The position numbers were made by a program, and so were the translations under genes. 64,000 nt of DNA, from assembly GCA_944393415.1 (NCBI GenBank), contig CALYAD010000055.1, positions 3,278 through 67,277 on the forward strand, read 5' to 3'. This document shows, in pieces, positions 10,001 to 18,941 of the stretch. The notes under the pieces are model-generated. The model was not told the DNA's origin, made no database searches, and saw nothing but the letters and a program-made list of their open reading frames with translations. The stretch comes from an uncultured Clostridia bacterium. Lineage in GTDB: Bacteria; Bacillota; Clostridia; Oscillospirales; CAG-272. The stretch's first letter is position 1. Every line of letters begins with the position of its first letter.

Positions 10001-11821
10001 TCAGGTATCGATGTCGGAATTCATTTGCCCTGCGGCGGAAAGCTTGGCGTAAAAACCGTTTTTAGCTAAAAGCTCTTCGTGCGTTCCCATTTCAATAACA
10101 TTTCCGTCTTTCATAACAAGAATGGTATCGGATTCTCGTATAGTGGAAAGACGATGAGCGACGATAAATGATGTTCTGCCGCGCATAAGCTCGGCAAATG
10201 CCGACTGTATCTTTTGCTCTGTGCGGGTGTCTATAGACGAGGTAGCTTCGTCAAGAATAAGCATCGGCGGCAGGCAGAGCATTACGCGGGTAATGCTTAA
10301 GAGCTGCTTCTGTCCCTGTGAGAGGCTGCCGCCATCCTCTCCTATGACTGTGTCGTATCCGTTGGGAAGACGCCTTATAAAGCTGTGGGAATGCGCAGCC
10401 TTTGCTGCCGCTATCATTTCCTCGTCGGTTGCGTCCGGCTTTCCAATCAAAATATTTTCTCTGATTGTCCCGTATTTAAGCCAGGTATCCTGAAGCACCA
10501 TACCGTAAGCCGCGCGCATGCTTTTTCGTGTTATATTGCGTATATCCTCGTTAACTTTGTATCCGCTTTTGTCGGTAAAGCTCATTTTTATAGAGCCGTC
10601 ACACACATCATAAAATCTCATTATCAGGTTGATCAGTGTGGTTTTACCGCAGCCGGTGGGGCCGACTATGGCTATTTTTTTGCCGCTTTGGACATCAAGA
10701 GACAAGTGCTGTATAAGTGGTCTGGCGGGATCGTAGGAAAATGAAACGTCGCTCAGAGTAACGTCTCCCGAAGGGGTTTCCATAACAAAAGCGTTCTCGG
10801 GATCAGGTATTTCCGGTTTTTCCTCTATAAGCGCGAATATTCTTTCGGCGCAGGCGAGAGAGTTCTGAAGCTCGGTTACAACTCCGCTGATCTCGTTGAA
10901 GGGCTTCGTATATTGGTTGGCGTAGCTGAGCAGTGTTGTGAGATTTCCGACGGTTATACCGGAGAAAACCACTCCAAGACCGCCGTCAAAGCCAATAACG
11001 GACAGCGCTCCGATAAGAGCTACCGTCGCATAAACAAGACTGTTCACAAACCTCGTGCTCGGGTTTATAAGAGCGGAAAAAAAGATCGCTTTCAGGGAAC
11101 AGTCCGCCAATTGAACGTTTATTTCTTCAAATTCATCCTGTTTTTTATCCTGAGCGCTGAAAGCGGCTATTACCTTTTGGCCTGTTATCGCTTCGTCGAT
11201 AAACGCGGTCTGTTCGGCGTTCGTTTTTGCCCTGAGCATAAACATAGCGTGAGTGTTCTTGGCTATGAAAGCGGCAACAAAAAGGGAGATGGGAGTCAGT
11301 ACAACGACGGCGACAGTTATAGAGGGGCTGATTGTCAGCATAAATACGAGAGTACCGAGAATTGTAAGAACGCCGGTAAAAAACTGTGAAAATCCCATAA
11401 GCAGACCGTCCGCGAACTGATCGACGTCTGATATGACCCGGCTTACCGTCTCTCCTGTTGGGTGAGTATCGACATAGCTTAAAGGAAGTATCTCGATTTT
11501 CTCAAAGGCATCGCGGCGTATATCTCGGATCACATTATAGGTGATCTTGTTGTTAATAATATTCATCACCCATTGGGAAAGCGCGGCAATTGCCACTGAT
11601 ATCACTCCGATTATCAGTATTCTGACTATTTTATCAATATCCACGTTCCCGGGAGTGGTTATACAGTCGATTGCGTTTCCTATGAGTAAAGGGATAAACA
11701 GCGAGAGCGCGACGCTTAAAGCGCCCATAAGCAGGGAAGCGGCAAGAAGCATGCGGTAGCCCTTGATATAACGGAAAATCTTTTTTACGGTACCCTTTGA
11801 TACCTTGCTTTTCTTTTTCAT
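10001..11821 (-). CDS. ABC exporter, fused permease/ATPase (consensus-site half of a heterodimer)
   Basis: 606 aa with an N-terminal 6-TM region. Motifs: Walker A GPTGCGKTT, signature LSQGQKQ, Walker B LILDEATS, H-loop VAHRLS. Confidence 0.9.
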   Translation of the reverse strand: MKKKSKVSKGTVKKIFRYIKGYRMLLAASLLMGALSVALSLFIPLLIGNAIDCITTPGNVDIDKIVRILIIGVISVAIAALSQWVMNIINNKITYNVIRDIRRDAFEKIEILPLSYVDTHPTGETVSRVISDVDQFADGLLMGFSQFFTGVLTILGTLVFMLTISPSITVAVVVLTPISLFVAAFIAKNTHAMFMLRAKTNAEQTAFIDEAITGQKVIAAFSAQDKKQDEFEEINVQLADCSLKAIFFSALINPSTRFVNSLVYATVALIGALSVIGFDGGLGVVFSGITVGNLTTLLSYANQYTKPFNEISGVVTELQNSLACAERIFALIEEKPEIPDPENAFVMETPSGDVTLSDVSFSYDPARPLIQHLSLDVQSGKKIAIVGPTGCGKTTLINLIMRFYDVCDGSIKMSFTDKSGYKVNEDIRNITRKSMRAAYGMVLQDTWLKYGTIRENILIGKPDATDEEMIAAAKAAHSHSFIRRLPNGYDTVIGEDGGSLSQGQKQLLSITRVMLCLPPMLILDEATSSIDTRTEQKIQSAFAELMRGRTSFIVAHRLSTIRESDTILVMKDGNVIEMGTHEELLAKNGFYAKLSAAGQMNSDIDT

Positions 11822-13566
11822 ATTCCGCTTACCTCCTCCTTCTTTTCGTCAGGAAACTGACAGTAATATATCTCCCGGTATACCTCGCAGCTTTCGAGAA
11901 GCTTTGCCGGTGTGTCAAATCCAACAGACTCTCCGTCCTCGAGTACAAGTACCCTGTCTGCCCCAAGTACGGACGAGGCGCGCTGTGATACGATAAATGT
12001 AGTCGGACGATATTCCAGCCTTGAAATAGAGCGACGCAGAGCGGCGTCGGTGGCGTAATCAAGAGCGGAGGCGCTGTCGTCAAGGATCAGTATCTTTGGC
12101 CGACGGACAAGCGCCCGCGCGATAGTAAGCCGCTGCTTTTGTCCTCCGGACAGATTCCGACCCGCCTGTTCTATCTCGTAATCGAGTATACCGGGTTTAG
12201 CCGAAATGAAGTCCCATGCCTGAGCGTCTTTGAGCGCGGTGACAAGCTCTTCATCCGTGGCGTTTTCATTGCCCATTTTCAGATTGTCGCGCACAGTTCC
12301 TTTAAACAGTCTCGCATACTGAGGAACGATACCTATCATTTTCCTGAGTGTTTCCACCGGGTATTCCTTTACGTTTTTTCCTCCTATAATTACCGCGCCT
12401 TCCGTGGCTTCGTAAAATCTGGGAATAAGATTTACCACGGAGGATTTTCCGGAGCCGGTTCCCCCTATTATTCCTATAGTTTCACCGTCTGAGGCGTGCA
12501 GATTTATCGCAAAAAGAGAAGGGGAGCCGGCGTTTTTATAGGTTAAAGTTACGTTATCGAATACGACGTCAGCTCCGCCCGTCGGTACGGAGGTGCCGTT
12601 GTCGTCAAGGGAGGAGGAAAGCTCCATTACCCCGCTTATCCGCTTACCGCTGGCGAGCCCTTTTGTAACTGTTACTATCAGATTAGCGAGCTTTATCAGC
12701 TCAACGAGTATTTGGGACATATAGTTGTACAGGGCAATCACTTCTCCCTGTGTCAGATCGCCCGCCTGAACGTTTATAGCGCCTATATAGATCAGAACTA
12801 TGATAGCCGCGTTTATCAGCAGAAAGGTAAGCGGATTGGTAAGGGCTGAAATACGGCCCACGACTCTCTGCATGACAGACAGTCGATCATTTGCCCCGTT
12901 GAAACGCTCGGTCTCACTGTCTTCACGACCGAAAGCGCGTATAACGCGAGCTCCGCTAAGATTTTCACGGGTGATTCCGAGCAAACGGTCAAGATGCTCC
13001 TGAACCTTTTTATAAAGCGGAACGGTAAGATACATTATTCCGAAAACAACAAATGAAAGCAGCGGGATAATTATTACAAATGTTACCGCCGCCTTGGCGT
13101 CTACTGTAAACGCCATTATCATAGCTCCGAACACTATGACCGGAGCACGGAGAAAAAGCCTAAGTGTCAGATTAACGGCATTCTGAAGCTGATTTACATC
13201 GCTTGTCATACGGGTTATCATCGTAGAGTTTCCAAGGGTATCAAACTCCGTAAAAGACAGAGACTGTATTTTTCTGAAAAGCGAGCTTTTCAGCTCCTTT
13301 GAAAAGCCTACGGCGGCTTTGGCGGCAAAATATTGAGCTATTACAGCGCACATGAGCCCGACTATGCCGAGAAGAGCAAGGCAAAGACACATTCTGTAAA
13401 TAAACGGCTTGTCCGGCGAAAGAGCCTCCGGAGTTATGCCGTAATCTATTATAGCGGCTATAATAAGAGGGACGATAAGCTCAAACGAGGCCTCGAGAAG
13501 CTTGAAAAGAGGCGCGAGGATACATTCTTTTTTATATCCCTTTAAATAGGTTAAGAGCTTTATCAT
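11818..13566 (-). CDS. ABC exporter, fused permease/ATPase (degenerate-site half of a heterodimer)
   Basis: Motifs: Walker A GGTGSGKSS, signature LSGGQKQR, Walker B ILILDDSAS (D replaces the catalytic E), H-loop replaced by SQRAS. It overlaps the downstream partner by 4 nt. The start was moved from 13602 to ATG 13566 (MIKLLTYLKGY) behind SD GGAGG; the ORF-track extension translates a leader hairpin. Confidence 0.9.
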   Translation of the reverse strand: MIKLLTYLKGYKKECILAPLFKLLEASFELIVPLIIAAIIDYGITPEALSPDKPFIYRMCLCLALLGIVGLMCAVIAQYFAAKAAVGFSKELKSSLFRKIQSLSFTEFDTLGNSTMITRMTSDVNQLQNAVNLTLRLFLRAPVIVFGAMIMAFTVDAKAAVTFVIIIPLLSFVVFGIMYLTVPLYKKVQEHLDRLLGITRENLSGARVIRAFGREDSETERFNGANDRLSVMQRVVGRISALTNPLTFLLINAAIIVLIYIGAINVQAGDLTQGEVIALYNYMSQILVELIKLANLIVTVTKGLASGKRISGVMELSSSLDDNGTSVPTGGADVVFDNVTLTYKNAGSPSLFAINLHASDGETIGIIGGTGSGKSSVVNLIPRFYEATEGAVIIGGKNVKEYPVETLRKMIGIVPQYARLFKGTVRDNLKMGNENATDEELVTALKDAQAWDFISAKPGILDYEIEQAGRNLSGGQKQRLTIARALVRRPKILILDDSASALDYATDAALRRSISRLEYRPTTFIVSQRASSVLGADRVLVLEDGESVGFDTPAKLLESCEVYREIYYCQFPDEKKEEVSGI

Positions 13567-13744
13567 TAATAAATAACCTCCAATGCCGCTTTCTGCGGCC
13601 AAAATTTACTTTTGGTGACTCAAAATCCACATTTAGTGGTTTAACCGTTTTTTATGGTTTTGATATAGACATGGAAACGTGAAAGCGCTGTTTTACCGAT
13701 TTAAGCGCCGAATAAATCACGATGTAAACACATGCCATTAAATT
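13567..13744 (-). promoter_or_regulatory. Type-2 leader module with an embedded diverged REP-like element
   Basis: RNA sense reads ...UUACAUCGUG...UUUCACGUUUCCAUGUCUAUAUC...AAAAAACGGUUAAACC...GCCGC-AGAAA-GCGGC-AUUGGAGGUUAUUUAUUA-AUG. It shares blocks with 60169-60288 and 63748-63863. Confidence 0.6.
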
Positions 13745-13773
13745 ATTATATTATACATAGGTAAAAAAGTCAA
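13745..13773 (-). promoter_or_regulatory. Sigma-A-type promoter for the ABC exporter operon
   Basis: Minus-strand TTGACT (13773-13768), a 17-nt spacer, then TATAAT (13750-13745). Confidence 0.6.
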
Positions 13774-13787
13774 TACTTTTTGGCTAT

Positions 13788-14060
13788 TTATCTATAGTTT
13801 ACCTCAAAGGCTTTTATATTTCCCTTTATGCCTTTTTTATCCAGCATTGACGCAGCCCCGTCAAGTATTTTGCCTTTGTGCTCTGAAAGAAAAGAAGCTA
13901 CATAAGCGTCTCTTTCCTGTTGATTCATATTTTTTATTTTTGTCATAATGGCGAGCTGAGCGGCTTTAGCGGCTATTTTGTTTTTAATAAGCATTGGTAT
14001 CAGCGAGGGAATAAGAATATCATAATCAAGATCGGATACGGTAATTTTAAATTCAAGCAT
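13788..14060 (-). CDS. Hypothetical 90-aa protein
   Basis: ATG 14060 (MLEFKITVSDLDY) lies 8 nt after AAAGGAG. The longer ORF-track start at 14162 has no SD. I recognise no family. Confidence 0.5.
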   Translation of the reverse strand: MLEFKITVSDLDYDILIPSLIPMLIKNKIAAKAAQLAIMTKIKNMNQQERDAYVASFLSEHKGKILDGAASMLDKKGIKGNIKAFEVNYR

Positions 14061-14337
14061 AATTGATCTCCTTTTTTTAAAGTGAAAGCTTAAGTTTTTA
14101 CATTTTAATAACTGGGTATAAAGCCTTTGATTCGCATGCGCGATTGAGGTTTGGTATTTCAAGATATGTAATTATATGCGCGGGAATACAAAGTTGTGAA
14201 AAAATTTTTGAAAAAAAGTTCTATCTTCGCTCGCAACTGAATAAAATATATCAAACCAATAAAAAACGGGGGATAAGACCATGATAGGAGAAAAGCTGAA
14301 AAACAGCGCTGAAAACTTTGCAGGAGGTATTAAAAAA

Positions 14338-14850
14338 ATGGGTAAAAGAAATTTAGTGATCTGTGCCTCGGTACTGATAATCGCGGTGGCTATTTGTGTG
14401 AACTGGGCATTATATGCCAACAGTAACACTAAGCCAACGGATAATTTGCCAACCGGAGGAGATCAGACGACAAACAACGATAATGAAGACGAAAGCGTCG
14501 CAAGCTACTTTGCTTCGGTTCAGATTAGCCGTCAGCAGGCTCGCGATGAGGCTCTCGAGGTTCTTCAGCTCGTTATTGACAGCGACAGCGCCGTTGAGAG
14601 CGCGAAGGCAGACGCTATCGCTGAGGTTTCAAGAATAGCCGACGAGATCGCTGCGGAGGCAAATATTGAGGCTCTTATAAAAGGAAAAGGATTTGAGGAC
14701 TGCGTAGCGGTAATAAGCGAAGGAAAGGCAAACATAGTCGTCAAAACCGGAAGCGCTCTTATGCAGAACGAAGTGGCTCAGATAATGGAAATAGTATACG
14801 AGCAGGCGAATATTCTTCCCGAGTCAGTAACCATAACCGAAAAAGGCTGA
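14338..14850 (+). CDS. SpoIIIAH-like sporulation protein (single N-terminal TM)
   Basis: AGGAGG lies 10 nt before ATG 14338 (MGKRNLVICASVLIIAVAI). The C-terminal part SYFASVQISRQQARDEALEVL...IEALIKGKGFEDCVAVISEGKANIVVK parallels B. subtilis SpoIIIAH. Confidence 0.7.
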   Translation: MGKRNLVICASVLIIAVAICVNWALYANSNTKPTDNLPTGGDQTTNNDNEDESVASYFASVQISRQQARDEALEVLQLVIDSDSAVESAKADAIAEVSRIADEIAAEANIEALIKGKGFEDCVAVISEGKANIVVKTGSALMQNEVAQIMEIVYEQANILPESVTITEKG

Positions 14851-14853
14851 CTC

Positions 14854-16059
14854 TCACCTGCCGCCGAGCTTCTCAATGCCCTCACCGAGCGTTTTGCAGA
14901 AAAACACGGCCTCTTCCTCGGAATTTGAAGAATCGAGGCTTACCCTGACGGTACGGTCAGCCTCGTTATTTGAAAGGCCGAACGCGGTAAGAGTATGACT
15001 GACAGTGTTTTTACGTGATGAGCAGGCGGAGCCTGACGATATATATATTCCGTTTGATGAAAGATAATTCAGCATCGGCTGACTCTTCGGGATCGGAAGC
15101 GTTAGGCTTAGGATGTTCGGTACATATTTGCCGGCTGGAGTATTGACATGTACTCCGGCCGGTAAATTTTTTATTATTTTTTCTCGGATGAGCAAGGTTT
15201 TTTTATTAAATTCGATATGAGCGTTTTCTGTACCTGCGGCCTTTACTGCCGCCGCAAAGCCGCATATACCGGGAAGATTTTCAGTTCCGGAGCGAAATCC
15301 GTTTTCCTGACCTCCTCCGTAAATAATCGCCATCGGAAGCTTTTTTCTTATTAGGGAATCGCTTATCCATAAAGCTCCCACTCCCTTCGGACCGTGTATT
15401 TTATGCCCGCTTATAGTTATCATATCAGCGTTCAGATCTTTTGGAGTAAACGGCAGCTTCAGAAAGGACTGCACGCAATCCGTATGGCATATTATTCCCG
15501 GAACTGCTTTTTTCGCGATCTCGAATATTTTCGGGATATCGTAGACAGCTCCGGTTTCGTTATTTACGTGCATAACGGTAATAAGCGAGGTTTCCGGCGT
15601 CAGAGCCTCCTTAAGCTCCGATAAGTCAATAACACCGGATACTGTTGACAGTCTGTATATTTCCGCGCCATCCGCTTCGGCTGCGGAAAGTGTCTCAAGA
15701 ATAGCCGGATGCTCGCTGTCGGTTGTTATTATCCGCTTTTTTTTGTTTTTTAACGCTTTAAGCGTACCGGATAACGCCAGGTTGTCGCTTTCCGTTCCGC
15801 TTCCCGTAAATATAAGTGTTCCGGTTCCGCCGCTCCCGGTAAATCCCGCGCGTTTCGGTAATGCCGAGGCGGCCTTGCTGCCGATAATAGCGGTGATTAT
15901 TTCATTTCGGGCGGAAAGTAAAAGCTCTGCTGCCGCGGTCCCGCGGCGGTGCAGCGATGAGGGATTTCCCCAGAAAATATCCATTGCCTTAACGGTCGCC
16001 TCGATCGATTCACGACAGGGTCTGGTCGTAGCGGAGTTATCAAAGTAAATTTCCTGCAT
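14854..16059 (-). CDS. Cysteine desulfurase (NifS/IscS class V aminotransferase)
   Basis: 401 aa with PLP lysine motif SGHKIHGPKG and catalytic SSGSACS. Confidence 0.9.
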   Translation of the reverse strand: MQEIYFDNSATTRPCRESIEATVKAMDIFWGNPSSLHRRGTAAAELLLSARNEIITAIIGSKAASALPKRAGFTGSGGTGTLIFTGSGTESDNLALSGTLKALKNKKKRIITTDSEHPAILETLSAAEADGAEIYRLSTVSGVIDLSELKEALTPETSLITVMHVNNETGAVYDIPKIFEIAKKAVPGIICHTDCVQSFLKLPFTPKDLNADMITISGHKIHGPKGVGALWISDSLIRKKLPMAIIYGGGQENGFRSGTENLPGICGFAAAVKAAGTENAHIEFNKKTLLIREKIIKNLPAGVHVNTPAGKYVPNILSLTLPIPKSQPMLNYLSSNGIYISSGSACSSRKNTVSHTLTAFGLSNNEADRTVRVSLDSSNSEEEAVFFCKTLGEGIEKLGGR

Positions 16060-16218
16060 TTTCTTGACCTTTCATAAAATATTGCAGATTAAGTGTAACA
16101 TATTTTATATTATTTGTCAATCGGCTTTTTTAATGGTTATATTAAATAAAAATAACAGGTGTTTTTTGTATGATTTTAACATAAATATTTCTTTAGTGCG
16201 CAAAAAACCGACTTTCTC

Positions 16219-16247
16219 TTGACATTTTGCCTTTTGTAAGTTAAAAT
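16219..16247 (+). promoter_or_regulatory. Sigma-A-type promoter
   Basis: TTGACA (16219-16224), a 17-nt spacer, then TAAAAT (16242-16247). Confidence 0.6.
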
Positions 16248-16404
16248 ATCTTCGTAAATTATGCGGTAATCCTTTTATCGCGTAAGCAAAAGAATAAATT
16301 TTTAAAGCTGCCTTTTGTGACTTATGCGTCGAAAATTCGGTGCGGATATGACACAGGCAAAAAACAAAACGCATATAAAGCGTAAGAAAGGAATGGCCAT
16401 AACT
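16248..16404 (+). promoter_or_regulatory. Full-length type-1 leader module (copy F)
   Basis: Blocks: AUCGCGUAAGC, then GUGACUUAUGCGUCGAAAAUUCGGUGCGG, then AAAACGCAUAUAAAGCGUAAGAAAGGAAUGGCCAUAACUAUG. These align block by block with 34839-34967 and 63346-63470. Confidence 0.65.
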
Positions 16405-18153
16405 ATGACTGATATGGTAAACACGGCATATGTAAACTATGAAATGTTCGGCGCCAAGGGCGACGGCGTTACCGACGATATCGAAGCTATCAAGGCTGCG
16501 CATGATTATGCAAATCTGCACAAAATAGACGTGAAGACCAACCCGAAGGCAACATACTATATAGGACCGCGTCCGATAACCGTAACTGTCGCCACAAACG
16601 TTGACTTCAATTCATCGAAATTCATCATCGACGACAGCAAGGTCAAGGTAGAGGAGCGGGGAGCGAGCCTTTTCAGGATAGTATCCGAAAAGGAGCCTAT
16701 AAAACTGGATATTCCGTATGTAAAGAAAAATCAGATGAGGCTTGACGTTCAGCTGCCCTGTAACTGTTATGTCAAAATAGACAACTCAGAGAAAAAACAG
16801 TTTATACGCTTTGGACTAAATCAGAACAACGGCTCCGCCCAGACGGACTGCTTTGTAGTTGACGGTACCGGATATATACTGAATAAAGTGATATGGGATT
16901 TTGAAAAGGTAACAAACGCGGTGGCATATCCTATAGACGAGACCATACTCACGGTAAAAGGCGGAATATTCAATATCATAGCAAACCAAGCCGAATCAAA
17001 GTATACATATTTCGGACGTAATATTTCCGTTACCCGTTCCAATACGGTCATAGACGGTCTTACTCATATTGTTACGGGAGAGCTTGACCACGGCGCGCCG
17101 TATTCCGGCTTTATAACCGTTGACAGATGCGCATATGTGACGGTCAAAAACTGCCATCTGTCACCGAGAAAAATATATGAGACGATAGGCTCTGCCGGCA
17201 AGCCGGTTTCCATGGGCTCGTACGCTCTTACAGGCGGCTCCGCGGTTAATCTGAAGCTTATAAATATAAAACAGAATAATATAATGGACAGAACGCATTG
17301 GGGGCTTATGGCGACCAATCACTGCAAGGACTTGTACGTAGAGGACTGTGTTATGTCCAGATTCGACGCCCACGAAAACGTCGCTAATCTTACCATCAGA
17401 AATACGGTTCTCGGGCATCAGTGCTTTAACGCAATCGGTCACGGAATAATGCTTGTAGAAAACGTGACTGCGTACGGAAACTCCTTTCTGAATCTTCGTG
17501 GGGATTACGGAAGCACCTGGGACGGAGACATTATTTTCAGAAACAATACCTGGTACCCTAACGCCGCGGCAAAAGCCCCATCCTTTATCGGAGGCTCAAA
17601 CGCCGGAGACCATGACTTCGGATTTCCGTGTTATATACCCCATAAGATTACCATCGACGGTCTGCTTATTTGCGACGGATGCGCAAATGAAGGATATGTC
17701 GGAGCCTCGCTCTTCAACTGCAGTCCCTCGGTAATGAACGGATCCGGGGCGCCGGATTATAACGATAAGTCGATAGCGTATCCGTATTTCTTTGCGGAGG
17801 AAGTAACGCTTCGCAACATCAGAACAGAGAGCGGAAAGGGATTTGCCGTCTTTTCAGCAGATACCAAAAACTGTTACTGTACGCAAAAGCATAAAAAAGA
17901 CAAATATTCGTTTGTCCCGAATTTCCGCTGTAAGATTGAGGATACTGAAATGCCGGAAAAAAGTCTTGTTCCGGAAACCTCGCTTTCTTTAGAGGATTTC
18001 GGTGAAAATTACCACCTGCTTCCGAGCTTTGAGCTGAAAAATTGCAGAAAGGTAACGGTAAATACCAATGCTCCCGCCATAATTAAATATACCGATTGCA
18101 CACTGAGCGGAGAAATGACCGGAGATAATCTGAAGATAGTATCCCTGCAATGA
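16405..18153 (+). CDS. Right-handed beta-helix protein (pectate-lyase superfamily / GH28-related)
   Basis: FGAKGDGVTDDIEAIKAAHDYA near the N-terminus is the Pectate_lyase_3 hallmark. The start was set at the second ATG of the conserved leader; ORF-track residues 1-27 translate the leader. Confidence 0.65.
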   Translation: MTDMVNTAYVNYEMFGAKGDGVTDDIEAIKAAHDYANLHKIDVKTNPKATYYIGPRPITVTVATNVDFNSSKFIIDDSKVKVEERGASLFRIVSEKEPIKLDIPYVKKNQMRLDVQLPCNCYVKIDNSEKKQFIRFGLNQNNGSAQTDCFVVDGTGYILNKVIWDFEKVTNAVAYPIDETILTVKGGIFNIIANQAESKYTYFGRNISVTRSNTVIDGLTHIVTGELDHGAPYSGFITVDRCAYVTVKNCHLSPRKIYETIGSAGKPVSMGSYALTGGSAVNLKLINIKQNNIMDRTHWGLMATNHCKDLYVEDCVMSRFDAHENVANLTIRNTVLGHQCFNAIGHGIMLVENVTAYGNSFLNLRGDYGSTWDGDIIFRNNTWYPNAAAKAPSFIGGSNAGDHDFGFPCYIPHKITIDGLLICDGCANEGYVGASLFNCSPSVMNGSGAPDYNDKSIAYPYFFAEEVTLRNIRTESGKGFAVFSADTKNCYCTQKHKKDKYSFVPNFRCKIEDTEMPEKSLVPETSLSLEDFGENYHLLPSFELKNCRKVTVNTNAPAIIKYTDCTLSGEMTGDNLKIVSLQ

Positions 18154-18881
18154 AGAAAAAACTCAGTATTTTTCTCTGTATTATGATTATCTGCTGTGCT
18201 TTTTACGCGTGCGAAAAAAAATCGCAGATACATACTTATCCGAAAGATGAAGCGGACAACGAAGAGGTCTCTGTATCTACGGAGATAAGGTCGATTGTCA
18301 GGGGAGAAATGACATTAATAGTGGAAACAGATAATATAGTCATTGAAAACGATGATAAAATAACAAATGATCTGTTCAGTCTCAGAATAAAATGGTTATC
18401 CGACGCGATAACCGCGGCGGAAGCCACTGTTAACGATTTCCGTCGGGAGTATTTTGAGGGCAATCCGAAGACCTTCAGGATAAGTACAAAAATAACGTAT
18501 AATAAAGGCGGCTTGATTTCCGAGCTTTGCACGCTTTCGTATTCTTATTACGGAAACGATGTTTACTTTTTCATCGGCGCTGAAACTGTCAGGCTTGAGG
18601 ACGGATATAAGCCTGTTCTGCGGGACGTTATCACATGTGACTCGGCGCTCACGGAAAACCTTCTGACAGTAGGAATTACTCCATTGCTTAATGACAGCTA
18701 TCCTGATGAGATTCAAAGCGCCGGAGGACACTTCAGCGAGATCTGCGATTTTTATATCAACGGAGAAGGTCTGAATGTTTTTGTATGTTATCCTTACCTT
18801 GCGCATGAAAGATGCGATCTTATTACATTAATTCCGTATTACGGAAACGAAGAGCTATTCGCCTTCGAAATATTTGAATAA
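18150..18881 (+). CDS. Hypothetical lipoprotein
   Basis: MKKKLSIFLCIMIICCAFYAC is a signal peptide with a lipobox-like Cys. An ATGA overlap links it to the upstream gene. Confidence 0.6.
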   Translation: MKKKLSIFLCIMIICCAFYACEKKSQIHTYPKDEADNEEVSVSTEIRSIVRGEMTLIVETDNIVIENDDKITNDLFSLRIKWLSDAITAAEATVNDFRREYFEGNPKTFRISTKITYNKGGLISELCTLSYSYYGNDVYFFIGAETVRLEDGYKPVLRDVITCDSALTENLLTVGITPLLNDSYPDEIQSAGGHFSEICDFYINGEGLNVFVCYPYLAHERCDLITLIPYYGNEELFAFEIFE

Positions 18882-18920
18882 AAAACGGGACTGTCAGCAG
18901 AGCGGCAGTCCCGTTTTTTA
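18881..18920. terminator. Bidirectional intrinsic terminator
   Basis: AAAAA-CGGGACTG-(loop)-CAGTCCCG-TTTTTT lies between convergent genes. Confidence 0.7.
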
Positions 18921-18941
18921 AAATCTACTTTATTCAGCTTT

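Noticed and set aside
16324-16404. N-terminal extensions in the ORF track. Examples: 16324-16404, 13567-13602, 25561-25659, 25808-25891, 27898-27972, 30462-30494, 37506-37556, 37898-37960, 50597-50662, 52719-52745 and 34839-34850.
   Set aside because: In each case an internal ATG or TTG lies at proper distance from an SD, and the protein family alignment begins there. The extension translates a promoter, hairpin or terminator.
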